Source: Aulosira sp. ZfuVER01 (GTDB lineage: Bacteria > Cyanobacteriota > Cyanobacteriia > Cyanobacteriales > Nostocaceae). Taken from it: 33,925 nt of DNA. Below the pieces are notes generated by a model that worked only from the letters and a program-made list of their open reading frames with translations, was not told the origin of the DNA and made no database searches. The translations under genes were made by a program, and so were the position numbers. Below, piece by piece: positions 18,319 to 27,840 of this stretch. Position 1 is the stretch's first letter; the number at the start of each line of letters is the position of its first letter. The stretch is from the NCBI GenBank assembly GCA_034530615.2, contig JAVRCV020000054.1, positions 1 to 33,925 on the forward strand. The letters are read 5' to 3'.

Positions 18319-18879
18319 ATGTCTATTGGAGACCGTAATTCTGGAATCAAGTTTTGTGAATATACAGGCTTCCCTCAAGAAGGGTTGTTTGTGGATGCAA
18401 AAGCTGAAATTCATGGGCTTTTAGGGCTTTATCGCGGTTTATCTCTACAATTCCCTATCCTATCAACATCACAAAAAGCCTGGCTGAATTTAATGTTAAT
18501 GTGTGCGGGGATTGGTAGTCCGGGAACTCTCAAGGAAGTTTTTCGAGGTTATAAAGGTGATAAAAAAGCTCCTCAGTTGATTGCTGATGAGGAAGTTGTC
18601 AGGGATACACCTTTACCACCAATAAAAGGTTCGTTTTTCAAAGCGGCTGGAGAAAAAGGCTTTCAACGTCCATTTGAACTAGCAACACTGCGCCTGCGAA
18701 ACATGACCGAAGTTTTAAGCAACTGGAATATTTATGTACCAGATTCATCTTATTTGACCCAACGCGGGGGAACTTTTCTATTTGATTCTCAAGGTCAATT
18801 AATTTATAAACATCGCGATCGCGGTATTCTGGGTTTTGCAGAAAATATGAGCAATCCCTTATCTTTCTTAGATAAATAG
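18319..18879 (+). pseudogene. AhpC/TSA-type (peroxiredoxin-like) protein, probably N-terminally truncated
   Basis: IGD..SG.KFCEYTGFP, LMLMCAGIGSPGTLKEV.RGY, RPFELATLRLRNM, TQRGGTFLF; the N-terminal segment expected for this family is not seen. Confidence 0.7.
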
Positions 18880-18929
18880 TTCATGAATGCGCTCGCATTC
18901 CTGGAGAGTTCCTTTGCGTTGCCCCGATA

Positions 18930-19340
18930 TCAATTGAGATCGTTGCTATTAGGTGTCGGCAATTGAAGCACTTCAGAAAAACGTGAATACTTAACCGCAT
19001 CGGTAGGAGGATAATCTGCCGACACTGCAATTAACCCAATTTTTATATCCTTAAAATAAATCACACCCCCAATACGCCGTTCAACTAGAAAAGGGGCATG
19101 AAAAAAATGATACTGTGCAATGTAGATTGGGAAAAAATCAGTAATCTTTACTGCCCTGCCAAACATTTGCTGACAAGTTTTGTGGATGACAGTATCTAGA
19201 TATTCATTATGGGTAGGCTTACCCATATCAGTAAATTGTGGATGATCTGCAAAATGATCCATATAAAATAACCAGATATCGGACAAGTCTGCAACACTCG
19301 TCAGTTTTTGCTTGAGTTCCTGAAATCGGTCGATGTTCAT
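18930..19340 (-). CDS. hypothetical protein
   Basis: 136-aa ORF with protein-like composition; no family recognised. Confidence 0.7.
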   Translation of the reverse strand: MNIDRFQELKQKLTSVADLSDIWLFYMDHFADHPQFTDMGKPTHNEYLDTVIHKTCQQMFGRAVKITDFFPIYIAQYHFFHAPFLVERRIGGVIYFKDIKIGLIAVSADYPPTDAVKYSRFSEVLQLPTPNSNDLN

Positions 19341-19752
19341 AAGTCTTCGCCAATTTTACTACTAATCGATGCGGCTGTTGTTTTTGATAACTATAACATT
19401 GATATACCTATTGATCTCGGAGTAAGTGAAGCAAGGCTGTGTAAAAAATAATTTAGGCTATAGAGTCTCTTTCAACAGTGACCTTTTAGATAAATTAGCT
19501 GCTAAATTAAAACGACAAAAATTTGAGAAAATCAAAGGTAAAAAGCACGGTAAATCTTGGCATATTACGTTAAACATTTCGTGCCATGAAAATAGTGGAG
19601 TAGCCAGAGCGCAGTTTGATGCTCTGGGAAAGAAAGATTGGAAACTCTGGCTTGTCAGAGAACCGTCCAAAGCTTGCCAATGCAGTGCTGAACAATGTGA
19701 TTCAAATTATTGGCAAGAAATTTAGGTTAGTTGAAACATACAAGGGCGTAGC

Positions 19753-20577
19753 CTATTCGACTAACTGTTGTAAGGCAGTGTTAAGACCAGGAATCTCAGG
19801 TAAAGTCAAACAGAATACTTGCTCCAGTACGGTACGTAAATCTATCACAGTATTTAGTACACGCGACTGCTTTTGACCATTGAGGTGATACGTTGTAAAT
19901 TTATTGTTTTGCAAGGCATATCGACAATCTACATCTGGTCGAGCAACTATCAGTGTGGTCACAAAACGTGAGTTGGGATGAGTTGAGACATACCAATTGC
20001 TGACCTCATAGTCAGCGAGTTGTTGCTCTTGCAGATCAAAACTATAAAGCGATTTCCACTCCTGACCAATATATGCTTGCATGATATAGGTGTAACCAGC
20101 CACGATCAATCGAAACATTTCATGCGGTGTACTCTGTTCAATGTTTGGGATCATAGATAAAGGAGCGGTGAGTGTTAATCCCCCGAATCCTACATCTGCA
20201 ACATATTTGCGTTCGTCAATCTCTACTAAAAGCAGCATATGAGAGCGGGGAGTAATCGTTCCTTGTGGAAGATTCCACAGTACACGGGCTGCTAAATTTG
20301 TGACCTTAAAGCCAAGGGCGAGCAAGACTGAGCGTAGCAATAAGTTTTGCTCAAAACAGTAGCCGCCACGCCCTTCATAAATAAGTTTTCTCGACAACGA
20401 TTTTAAATTCAGGGAGACAGGTTGTTTGAGTAATGAAGTTAGATTCTCAAAAGCAATCGCCTTGGGGTGGCATAGATGAATTGCTTGTAGCGTTTGCAGC
20501 GTGGCACAGCAATCTCCACTATAACCTATTCGTTGAAAATAAGCATTGAGGTCTACTGTATCGGATAAATGTTCCAA
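19753..20577 (-). CDS. arylamine N-acetyltransferase
   Basis: YFQRIGY, IAFENL, RGGYCFEQN (Cys), HMLLLV (His), DVGFG (Asp) catalytic triad. Confidence 0.95.
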   Translation of the reverse strand: MEHLSDTVDLNAYFQRIGYSGDCCATLQTLQAIHLCHPKAIAFENLTSLLKQPVSLNLKSLSRKLIYEGRGGYCFEQNLLLRSVLLALGFKVTNLAARVLWNLPQGTITPRSHMLLLVEIDERKYVADVGFGGLTLTAPLSMIPNIEQSTPHEMFRLIVAGYTYIMQAYIGQEWKSLYSFDLQEQQLADYEVSNWYVSTHPNSRFVTTLIVARPDVDCRYALQNNKFTTYHLNGQKQSRVLNTVIDLRTVLEQVFCLTLPEIPGLNTALQQLVE

Positions 20578-20634
20578 TTCGATCCCCTTCTACTGCCACC
20601 ATTTCTATAATGCCATCCTTGTTAAAATAGCCGA

Positions 20635-22911
20635 TCAATGAGGCGATCGCTGTTTTCCATACACTAGCACTGGCACCCGTTTGTAAGCAGGCGTACCGCA
20701 GCGCGTTTCTGTTCTGGCTTTAAAAATGACATTCACTTCCGGATAAAACATCAACGCTGCACCTTCGCGTACAGCACCGTAAATCACTTCCACGTTCTCT
20801 AGTTTATCGGCATCGCCCTGTACTGTGACGAGATCGTGTTCGGCTAACCCAATCTTTTTTGCATCTGTGCGATTCATCAAAATGCAGTGGCGATGAGGCA
20901 TTCCCCGATATTGATCGTCAATTTTATAAACCACTGTGTTGTGTTGGGAATAGCTGCGTCCAGTCATTAATGCTAGCACGAGACTATTTGCTCTATCATC
21001 AATGCCAAAGTCTTGAGGTTGAGGTAGAGCCAGATTCGGCAGTGGCGTAGTCAACATTTTTGCCTTACCTGACGGCGTTTTAAAATGGGGTTCGGTGACA
21101 ATGCGCCCAGAAATGGTGAACTCTTCACTAGTGTCGTCAATCGTCGCGATTTTTTCATAGCCAGGAATAGTTGTGGCAATTAGTTGCCGCACGTAGCGAG
21201 TATCTTGCAGTTTGCGCCATTCGACGGGATAATCACCCAGCAGCCGATGGGCTAGTTCAGTTAAAAACTCGACCTCGGAAATTAAATCTGCATCCTTAAG
21301 GTGAGTTTTGCCTTCATCATTAAGGCGCACAAAGTTGTTACCCGATTCAACGGTGGTTTTGTGGGGATTTTCAAAGCGGTTGAGCACAGGAATGATGATT
21401 GTGTTCGTTTTCGCCAATCCGTGAAAGTGCCCAATATTGGGTTTAGTAGCGAGATAGATGATAGTATCGATGTTACCCAATGCCCGTTTTGCCTGTGCTG
21501 AGTCAGGATTAGCACCATAGAGATTGCCACCTACACAGATGAGACTATCCACTTTGCCCGCTTGGGCTGCTTCGATGAGGTCACGAGTATGATAACCCTT
21601 GGGTAAAGAGAGTGATCGCCCCAACAACTGCTCTAACGCTTGCTTAATTTCTTCTTTGAGTTTCACGGTGACACCCATTGAGCCAAAGCCCTGGACGTTG
21701 GAATGTCCCCGCACAGGCATAACTCCGGCTCCCATTTTGCCAATCTGTCCGCTAATTAACGCTGTATTCGCGATGCTATAGACATTATCGACACCATTAG
21801 TATGTTGCGTAATTCCCATTGCCCAACCAAAGACCACAGCCTTTGATGTCCCGATAATGGTTGCTGCTGCTTCAATTTCTGGCTGGGACACGCCGCAGGT
21901 AGTCGCGATCGTTTCCCAAGGGAGCGATCGCGCCTGTTCTAATACCGCTTCCCACCCTTGGGTATGCGCTTGCAAAAAGTCGTACTGCACAAACCCCTGT
22001 TCAATTAACGCTTTTTGAATGCCCACAAACAGCGCCACATCACTACCCGGAATCGGCTGAAGATACAGCGAAGCAATGTCCGAACCAGGAATCAGAGATT
22101 TAACTGGAAATGCCGGAGAGCCAAATTTCACCAATCCAATTTCCATCACCGGATTGATGACGATCGCTTTGCCACCCCGCTCGCGCAGTTTGATTAACTC
22201 ATTCATCAAACGTGGATGGTTGTAAGCGGAATTTGCCCCTGCTAACACCACACAATCTGCCTGCTTCAAGCTTTCCAGGCTGACGATAGAGGTGTTTGTG
22301 CCAAACATCTCCTTGAGTGCGGTTGTAGAAGGAGCATGGCACAGATCTGAACAATCTGCCAAATTATTGGAACCTAGAGTTCGCAGCAGCAGTTGTAGTA
22401 AAAATGCCGCTTCGTTGGAGCCGCGCCCGGAACTGTAGGATGCAACTCGCTCTGCTGGTTTCTTAAAGGCATCTGTGGCGATCGCATAAATTTCCTTCCA
22501 AGAGATGCGCTCATAATGGTCACTACCAGCTCGTCGAATCACCGGGAAGCTAAGTCTTCCCAATCGATCCGCTTCTAGAGAGGATAGCTGTTGTAGGTCA
22601 GTAATTGTGTAGGAATCAAAGAAGTGGACTGGAATCGCAGGTTGGATTTCGGCTGAAATTGCTTCTACACTTTTCATGCAGCGTTGCAGTTTCTCACCCG
22701 CTTCATTGGTGAATCCACCTTTTTGTCCACCAGTCCCCCAAGAGCAAGACAGGCAAGCACTCTTGTGAAACAGGGTTTTCCAAAGATGTGGCCCTTCTGG
22801 TGACAGCGTGTGCTTTGCCCAATACTCAATTACAGGCAACCCACCACCCATCCCTGGGGTGTTTTCATTAGTTTCGTGGAAGGGCGGTTGGGGCCCGGAG
22901 TTGGTATCCAT
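20635..22911 (-). CDS. FdhF/YdeP-family molybdopterin oxidoreductase
   Basis: CLSCSW, GRLSFP, SGRGSNEAAF, NNLADCSDLCH, NHPR, WAMGITQH, PVRGHSNVQG, RSYSQHNTVVY, FYPEVNV. Confidence 0.93.
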   Translation of the reverse strand: MDTNSGPQPPFHETNENTPGMGGGLPVIEYWAKHTLSPEGPHLWKTLFHKSACLSCSWGTGGQKGGFTNEAGEKLQRCMKSVEAISAEIQPAIPVHFFDSYTITDLQQLSSLEADRLGRLSFPVIRRAGSDHYERISWKEIYAIATDAFKKPAERVASYSSGRGSNEAAFLLQLLLRTLGSNNLADCSDLCHAPSTTALKEMFGTNTSIVSLESLKQADCVVLAGANSAYNHPRLMNELIKLRERGGKAIVINPVMEIGLVKFGSPAFPVKSLIPGSDIASLYLQPIPGSDVALFVGIQKALIEQGFVQYDFLQAHTQGWEAVLEQARSLPWETIATTCGVSQPEIEAAATIIGTSKAVVFGWAMGITQHTNGVDNVYSIANTALISGQIGKMGAGVMPVRGHSNVQGFGSMGVTVKLKEEIKQALEQLLGRSLSLPKGYHTRDLIEAAQAGKVDSLICVGGNLYGANPDSAQAKRALGNIDTIIYLATKPNIGHFHGLAKTNTIIIPVLNRFENPHKTTVESGNNFVRLNDEGKTHLKDADLISEVEFLTELAHRLLGDYPVEWRKLQDTRYVRQLIATTIPGYEKIATIDDTSEEFTISGRIVTEPHFKTPSGKAKMLTTPLPNLALPQPQDFGIDDRANSLVLALMTGRSYSQHNTVVYKIDDQYRGMPHRHCILMNRTDAKKIGLAEHDLVTVQGDADKLENVEVIYGAVREGAALMFYPEVNVIFKARTETRCGTPAYKRVPVLVYGKQRSPH

Positions 22912-23118
22912 CTAGTTGCAGCGACAAATCAGTTCATTTTGTGCAATTTAATGTAATTTACTGAACATGAGAATTCCTCATTAGGTAGATTTTCGCAAGA
23001 AAGGTAGAGGGTAGGAGGCAGAAGGCAGTCCCAATGAAACAAGTTTCACAACCAAGCATGAAAATGCAACCTGGAACTACTTAATATAGATACTTATCTA
23101 AGAAGCATTTTCAAGCTA

Positions 23119-23448
23119 GTGGAGATATCGACACCATCAAAAAACTTGAGTCGAGTTTTCACTGTGATGAAGGCGGTTTCGGATTCGTTGCCTAGTGAAA
23201 CGGCCAAACAGTCATCTGAAACGCCGAAACAACGCGAAATTAATAGTTTCGGTTCACAAGAATTGCGTTTCACCCGTTTCGGCTTACTCCGAAATGAGGC
23301 AATAGCAGAGATTTTGCGCTTGCGAAATGAAATGAATCTCAACCAAACCAACATCATCAGAATCCTTTGGGATGCAAGACCTGGGGAGAATGAGGCTTAT
23401 CGAAACGCTGTTTCGGAATATAAAGACCTGATGGCAGATGTTGAATAA
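23119..23448 (+). CDS. hypothetical protein, possibly a C-terminal gene remnant
   Basis: S/E/T-rich linker followed by a helical NQT.II..LW.ARPG....Y..A..EY segment; weak start. Confidence 0.5.
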   Translation: MEISTPSKNLSRVFTVMKAVSDSLPSETAKQSSETPKQREINSFGSQELRFTRFGLLRNEAIAEILRLRNEMNLNQTNIIRILWDARPGENEAYRNAVSEYKDLMADVE

Positions 23449-23476
23449 CTCTTTCCTCAAACATCATTTAACATTA

Positions 23477-23534
23477 TAGTTCCGGTTAACTTCCGATAGA
23501 GTTCCAGTTGAGTTCCGGAAGTCAATCGGAACTA
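23477..23534. promoter_or_regulatory. 19-bp inverted repeat with 11-bp phased TTCC/GGAA sites
   Basis: TAGTTCCGGTTAACTTCCG ... CGGAAGTCAATCGGAACTA (2 mismatches); TTCC at 23480, 23491, 23502 and 23513. Confidence 0.55.
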
Positions 23535-23894
23535 AAAGTTAGTATTGGAAGCTAGACTTCTGAGGATGATTTTAATACTTATCTACTGATATCTAACACA
23601 CAGCTATCAACTACAGATCTAGATTACTCTTGTAAGTCATAGGCCTTGGCAGTGCTTTCTTCTTGAGAGATGCTGAAAAGTATTATCTTCAGCACGTTTG
23701 TGCTTGGTGATATCGAAAGCGTTATGAAGAATGTGGGCGAAGCTGGGATTATCCCTTACCTTAAAAGTATTCTCGCATATAATCACTTTTATTTATCAGT
23801 TCTAAAAAAAAGAGTATTTGATTCTATCGTTGGGAAAGCGTAAATTAAAAGTCATGAAGTCAAACGCAAACTGAATTAACGGAATAGGTGCAAC

Positions 23895-24557
23895 ATGAAT
23901 ACCGCCAAAAAAACATTATCGAATAGTGTTGATGTACAAGTAGTTCAAAATGCTCAACTTGTAGAAAAATCTCCAAACACATCTACAGAGCAATTAACGC
24001 GCGGAGAAAGACTTGCTGATAAATTAGCGAATCATGTAGGCTCTTGGAAATTTCTGATTTGTCAAAGCACTATCTTAGCAGGATGGGTGGGAATGAACTT
24101 AGCACCTGGAGTTCCCCACTGGGATGAATCACCGTTCATCATGCTCAACTTAGTATTCTCATTTGCTTCAGCCTATACAGCACCAATTGTATTGATGAGT
24201 CAGAATCGCCAGTCTGATACAGATCGCAGAAATGCCGAAATTGACCACCAAGTAAATCTGAGAGCTAATCAAAATATTGAACTGCTACATCAAAAATTCG
24301 ATGAATTACACGCTCAAAAACTCAACGAACTAACTCAAATTATCAAAGAGCAACAACAAGTTATCAATGAGCTTAAAGTAACTTTAGTGCATACTCCAAA
24401 TGATACTAAAGAAAATAAAGTTGCTCTATTACCAGGCGGCTTACATATTCAAACTAACCGCAAATTTCCCAAAGCAAGTTCCAGCAATAAACCTTTTACC
24501 ATTGAACAACCAGTTGGCGATAACAGCAAAGTTGTTGAAAAGCTAGCTCATCACTAA
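23895..24557 (+). CDS. DUF1003-domain membrane protein
   Basis: GERLADKLA..VGSW.F, WDESPFIMLNL.FS..SAYTAPIVLMSQNRQ. Confidence 0.9.
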   Translation: MNTAKKTLSNSVDVQVVQNAQLVEKSPNTSTEQLTRGERLADKLANHVGSWKFLICQSTILAGWVGMNLAPGVPHWDESPFIMLNLVFSFASAYTAPIVLMSQNRQSDTDRRNAEIDHQVNLRANQNIELLHQKFDELHAQKLNELTQIIKEQQQVINELKVTLVHTPNDTKENKVALLPGGLHIQTNRKFPKASSSNKPFTIEQPVGDNSKVVEKLAHH

Positions 24558-24888
24558 GAATCAGCCATCAGTGCTTTTCGGGTTACTAGCTAAGATCTGA
24601 ACATTTTTCTAAAACGATACATTTGTAGCTTTGTCTCTCACAGATCTGATACTAAGTACAAGTTATCCTTGAAGTTTTTTTAATACAACAGAATATTTGT
24701 GTTGAGCGATCGAATTCACAAAGTGAAATTATAGCTTTTGTACTTCATTCCCAGTAGACACAACTTATAAATTGAATTGGAAATGCTATATCTGCACGCT
24801 TCATTCAATAGCAATTTTCCCAACATTTGCAGACATCAACGAACGCTACTGTTTCCAGTAGCAGCAAGAAAATTGAGAAGAGATAGAC

Positions 24889-25590
24889 ATGAACGAACTT
24901 ATTACAGCTATTCCCACCGGAATCACAGCTTTTACAGCTACCAACCTAGATGATTTAGTTATCCTCACACTGTTATTCTCTCAGGCAAATGCCACTTTCC
25001 GCCGTCGGCACATTGTAATTGGTCAGTATTTAGGCTTCTGTACTTTAGTGATTGCCAGCCTAGTTGGTTTTCTCGGAGGATTAATATTACCATCTCAATT
25101 AATTGGGCTTTTGGGTTTAGTACCAATTACCATTGGATTAAATCGCTTGCTCAATCCCGAAATGAATTCTGCTGATGAAGAATCAGAAATAGAATTATCC
25201 CATGCTTCTCCTTTCGCTAGTTTTTTATCTCCTCAAGCGTATAGCGTGGCGGCTATTACCATTGCCAACGGCAGTGATAATGTAGGTATCTATATGCCGT
25301 TGTTTGCTAACAGTGCTGTTTCTGAGTTGCTAGTAATCATTGCAGTCTTTTTATTGCTGGTAGGTGTTTGGTGTTACGTAACTTATAAACTAACCTGCCA
25401 GAGTGCGATCGCCAATTTGTTAACTCGCTATGGCAATAATTTTGTTCCTTTGGTATTGATAGGTTTAGGTGTGTTTATTATCTTAGATAGTGCTTCGCTG
25501 ACTCCAATTGCTTTGACAGCTACTTGTCTATGTTTAATGGGATTGATCAAAGTAATTCAAACTTCCAAATTCAAAACTCAAAATTTGTAA
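24889..25590 (+). CDS. CadD (cadmium resistance transporter)-family membrane protein, LysE superfamily
   Basis: FTATNLDD, GQYLGF, GLLGL.P, ITIANGSDNVGIYMPLF, VLIGLG. Confidence 0.9.
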   Translation: MNELITAIPTGITAFTATNLDDLVILTLLFSQANATFRRRHIVIGQYLGFCTLVIASLVGFLGGLILPSQLIGLLGLVPITIGLNRLLNPEMNSADEESEIELSHASPFASFLSPQAYSVAAITIANGSDNVGIYMPLFANSAVSELLVIIAVFLLLVGVWCYVTYKLTCQSAIANLLTRYGNNFVPLVLIGLGVFIILDSASLTPIALTATCLCLMGLIKVIQTSKFKTQNL

Positions 25591-25637
25591 TTGTCAAAAT
25601 GTTTTATTACTAATCATCTCAAACCAAGGAGAAAAAT

Positions 25638-26261
25638 ATGCAGTTGATCAAAATTATTCTTGTCGCTCTCGTGTTTATCTTGAATCTGACAGTTGCTCAA
25701 CCTTCCTGGGCAGGCAAGGATTTCACTAAAGGGACTGACTATGCTGAGGTAACTCAGGAACTCTATCAACTACTAAGCGTGCAAGCTAACCCAGAGCAAG
25801 CTGGCTATACACCCGAACAATTTCAAGAGAGACTATCACAATTGCAGTCTCAAAAGTATGTAATGGAAACAGCTAGAAAACGGGCGCAGTGCTTTAATCA
25901 AACTGGTGGGACTTTGGGTGTCTATGCCAATAAACCAAAAAAATATCCAACGCAACTGTACTTCTTAGCAGTAGGGCAAATCACAGATGATGATTGGGAT
26001 TGCGATGGTATCTACTTCCCCACAGGTACAAGGATAGCTTTAAATCCGAATGCTCAAGTACAAGAGTTAACTGAACCAATCGCTGTCAAGTTTGTCGATG
26101 GTACGCAGTCAATTGCAAGAACTAATCCAGCTACTGGTGCCATTGAATTAAATGTTGCACCTGCCAAAATCTTCAAGGCTGGTGAAGGTAATTGGTTGCT
26201 TCCTACTTTATCTCAGACAGATATTAACGCACAGATTCCTAGCCCACAACTCATTGACTAA
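25638..26261 (+). CDS. secreted hypothetical protein
   Basis: Sec-type signal ending AQPSWA; AAGGAG RBS; TDDDWDCDG motif. Confidence 0.8.
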   Translation: MQLIKIILVALVFILNLTVAQPSWAGKDFTKGTDYAEVTQELYQLLSVQANPEQAGYTPEQFQERLSQLQSQKYVMETARKRAQCFNQTGGTLGVYANKPKKYPTQLYFLAVGQITDDDWDCDGIYFPTGTRIALNPNAQVQELTEPIAVKFVDGTQSIARTNPATGAIELNVAPAKIFKAGEGNWLLPTLSQTDINAQIPSPQLID

Positions 26262-26327
26262 TGTTTGTTAGGCATTCAATTTTGATGTCATAAGTGCATC
26301 AATTCTAATTACACCAAATCATACTAT

Positions 26328-26353
26328 ATCCCTCCTCAGCAGGAGGGATTTTT
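26328..26353 (+). terminator. rho-independent terminator
   Basis: ATCCCTCCT-CAGC-AGGAGGGAT followed by TTTT. Confidence 0.75.
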
Positions 26354-26591
26354 CATTAATTTAAAATTGGTATAATCTATTACGGCTTTAAATTACACAA
26401 TCACTTATATAGTTTATTGGCTGTTAACCTTCAGCAGCCAAACTTTGTGCAAAATTGACATTTCTATCAAGAAACCCTCATTGCTTAGTGTACTTTGTGG
26501 CTGCTTCTTTTTTAAGAGTTAGTGCTGTTTACTGATAGTAAGTTGCTGACTCAGTAACAAAAAATAATGATAGATATCACTTTATAGTGTG

Positions 26592-26632
26592 TATAATACT
26601 TTGAACAACGGTATCTCGCCCAATATACCGTA
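26592..26632 (+). promoter_or_regulatory. -10 box followed by the 26-bp operator, copy C, upstream of sbp
   Basis: TATAAT at 26592-26597; AACGGTA-TCTCGCCCAATA-TACCGTA at 26607-26632; AAGGAG RBS directly after. Confidence 0.75.
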
Positions 26633-26650
26633 AAAAAGGAGCAATTGCTG

Positions 26651-27781
26651 ATGAGCTTGCAATATCTAGCGCAATTAGCATACTTAATTGTGGATAAAAT
26701 TTTGCAGATTATACGGCATTACCAACACATATTTGCAAGTTGGTTAAAAGTACGTAATGTTCGCAGCTTTGTGAGTTTGTTGTTGGTAGGAGCTATTTTA
26801 AGTACAGCGATCGCATCTTGTTCAGAAAGTAAAATTGCTGGACAATCTGATGTTAGGCTCAAGCTCGTTTCTTTCTCAGTTACTAAAGCTGCTCACGACC
26901 AGATAATTCCTAAATTTGTCGAAAAGTGGAAAAAAGAACACAATCAAAATGTTACTTTTGAGCAAAGTTATGGCGGTTCTGGCGCGCAAGCCGCAGCTGT
27001 AATTGCAGGTTCGCAAGAAGCAGATATAGTACACTTAGCACTGCCTTTAGATGTTAGCAAAATTCAGCAAGCAGGTTTGATTAAATCAGGTTGGGAAAAC
27101 AAATCGCCGAGAAATGGTATTGTTAGTAGATCTGTGGCGGCGATTGTAACTCGTGAAGGCAACCCCAAAGGTATCAATAGTTGGCAAGACTTAGCAAAAG
27201 ATGGCGTAACATTAATTGCAGCTAACCCAAAAACTTCTGGTATTGCTATTTGGGAATTTTTAGCTTTGTGGGGTTCGGTGACTCTAACTGGTGGCGATGA
27301 AGCAACAGCTTTAGATTATGTCACTAAAGTCTATAAAAATACACCCATTCTTACAAAAGATGCTCGTGAAGCTAGCGATTTATTTTTCCAAAAAAATCAG
27401 GGAGATGTCTTAATTAACTACGAAAACGAAATCGCTTTATCAGAACAGAATGGCTCAAAACTGCCTTATACAGTACCCCAAGTAAACATTTCCATTGACA
27501 ATCCTGTTGCTATAGTTGATAAAAACGTTGATAAACACGGTAACAGAGAAGTTGCCGCAGCATTCGTTGATTTCTTGTACTCCACAGAAGCACAGCGCGA
27601 ATTTGCTAAATTACAATATCGTCCGGTTAATCCCACCGTTAGCCAAGAAGTAGTAGCAAAATATCCACCAATCAATACTTTATTCACATCTCAAGATTTA
27701 GGTGGTTGGGATTTAATCCAGAAGAAGTTTTTTGTCGATGGGGCAATTTTTGACAAAGTGCAATCTGGCAAAAAAGCATGA
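26651..27781 (+). CDS. sbp: sulfate/thiosulfate ABC transporter substrate-binding lipoprotein
   Basis: LVSFSVTKAAH, QSYGGSG, GNPKGI..W.DL, ANPKTSG, GDVLINYENE; lipobox IASC; ATG 26651 fits the RBS better than TTG 26645. Confidence 0.92.
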   Translation: MSLQYLAQLAYLIVDKILQIIRHYQHIFASWLKVRNVRSFVSLLLVGAILSTAIASCSESKIAGQSDVRLKLVSFSVTKAAHDQIIPKFVEKWKKEHNQNVTFEQSYGGSGAQAAAVIAGSQEADIVHLALPLDVSKIQQAGLIKSGWENKSPRNGIVSRSVAAIVTREGNPKGINSWQDLAKDGVTLIAANPKTSGIAIWEFLALWGSVTLTGGDEATALDYVTKVYKNTPILTKDAREASDLFFQKNQGDVLINYENEIALSEQNGSKLPYTVPQVNISIDNPVAIVDKNVDKHGNREVAAAFVDFLYSTEAQREFAKLQYRPVNPTVSQEVVAKYPPINTLFTSQDLGGWDLIQKKFFVDGAIFDKVQSGKKA

Positions 27782-27840
27782 AATCTCATTGCACGCAACA
27801 AGCCTCAAAATTTAAATTACTTGTAAATTTTGGATAGTTT

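Noticed and set aside
19426..19725. 99-aa plus-strand ORF
   Set aside because: GTG start, no recognisable motif and competing overlapping ORFs; it may be a remnant but cannot be supported
20635..22911. Selenocysteine formate dehydrogenase
   Set aside because: No in-frame TGA; the motif is Cys-type CSDLCH of the YdeP-like group, and no partner subunits are present
24889..25590. Cadmium-resistance operon
   Set aside because: No CadX/ArsR regulator or metal ATPase is nearby; family membership alone does not show a cadmium function
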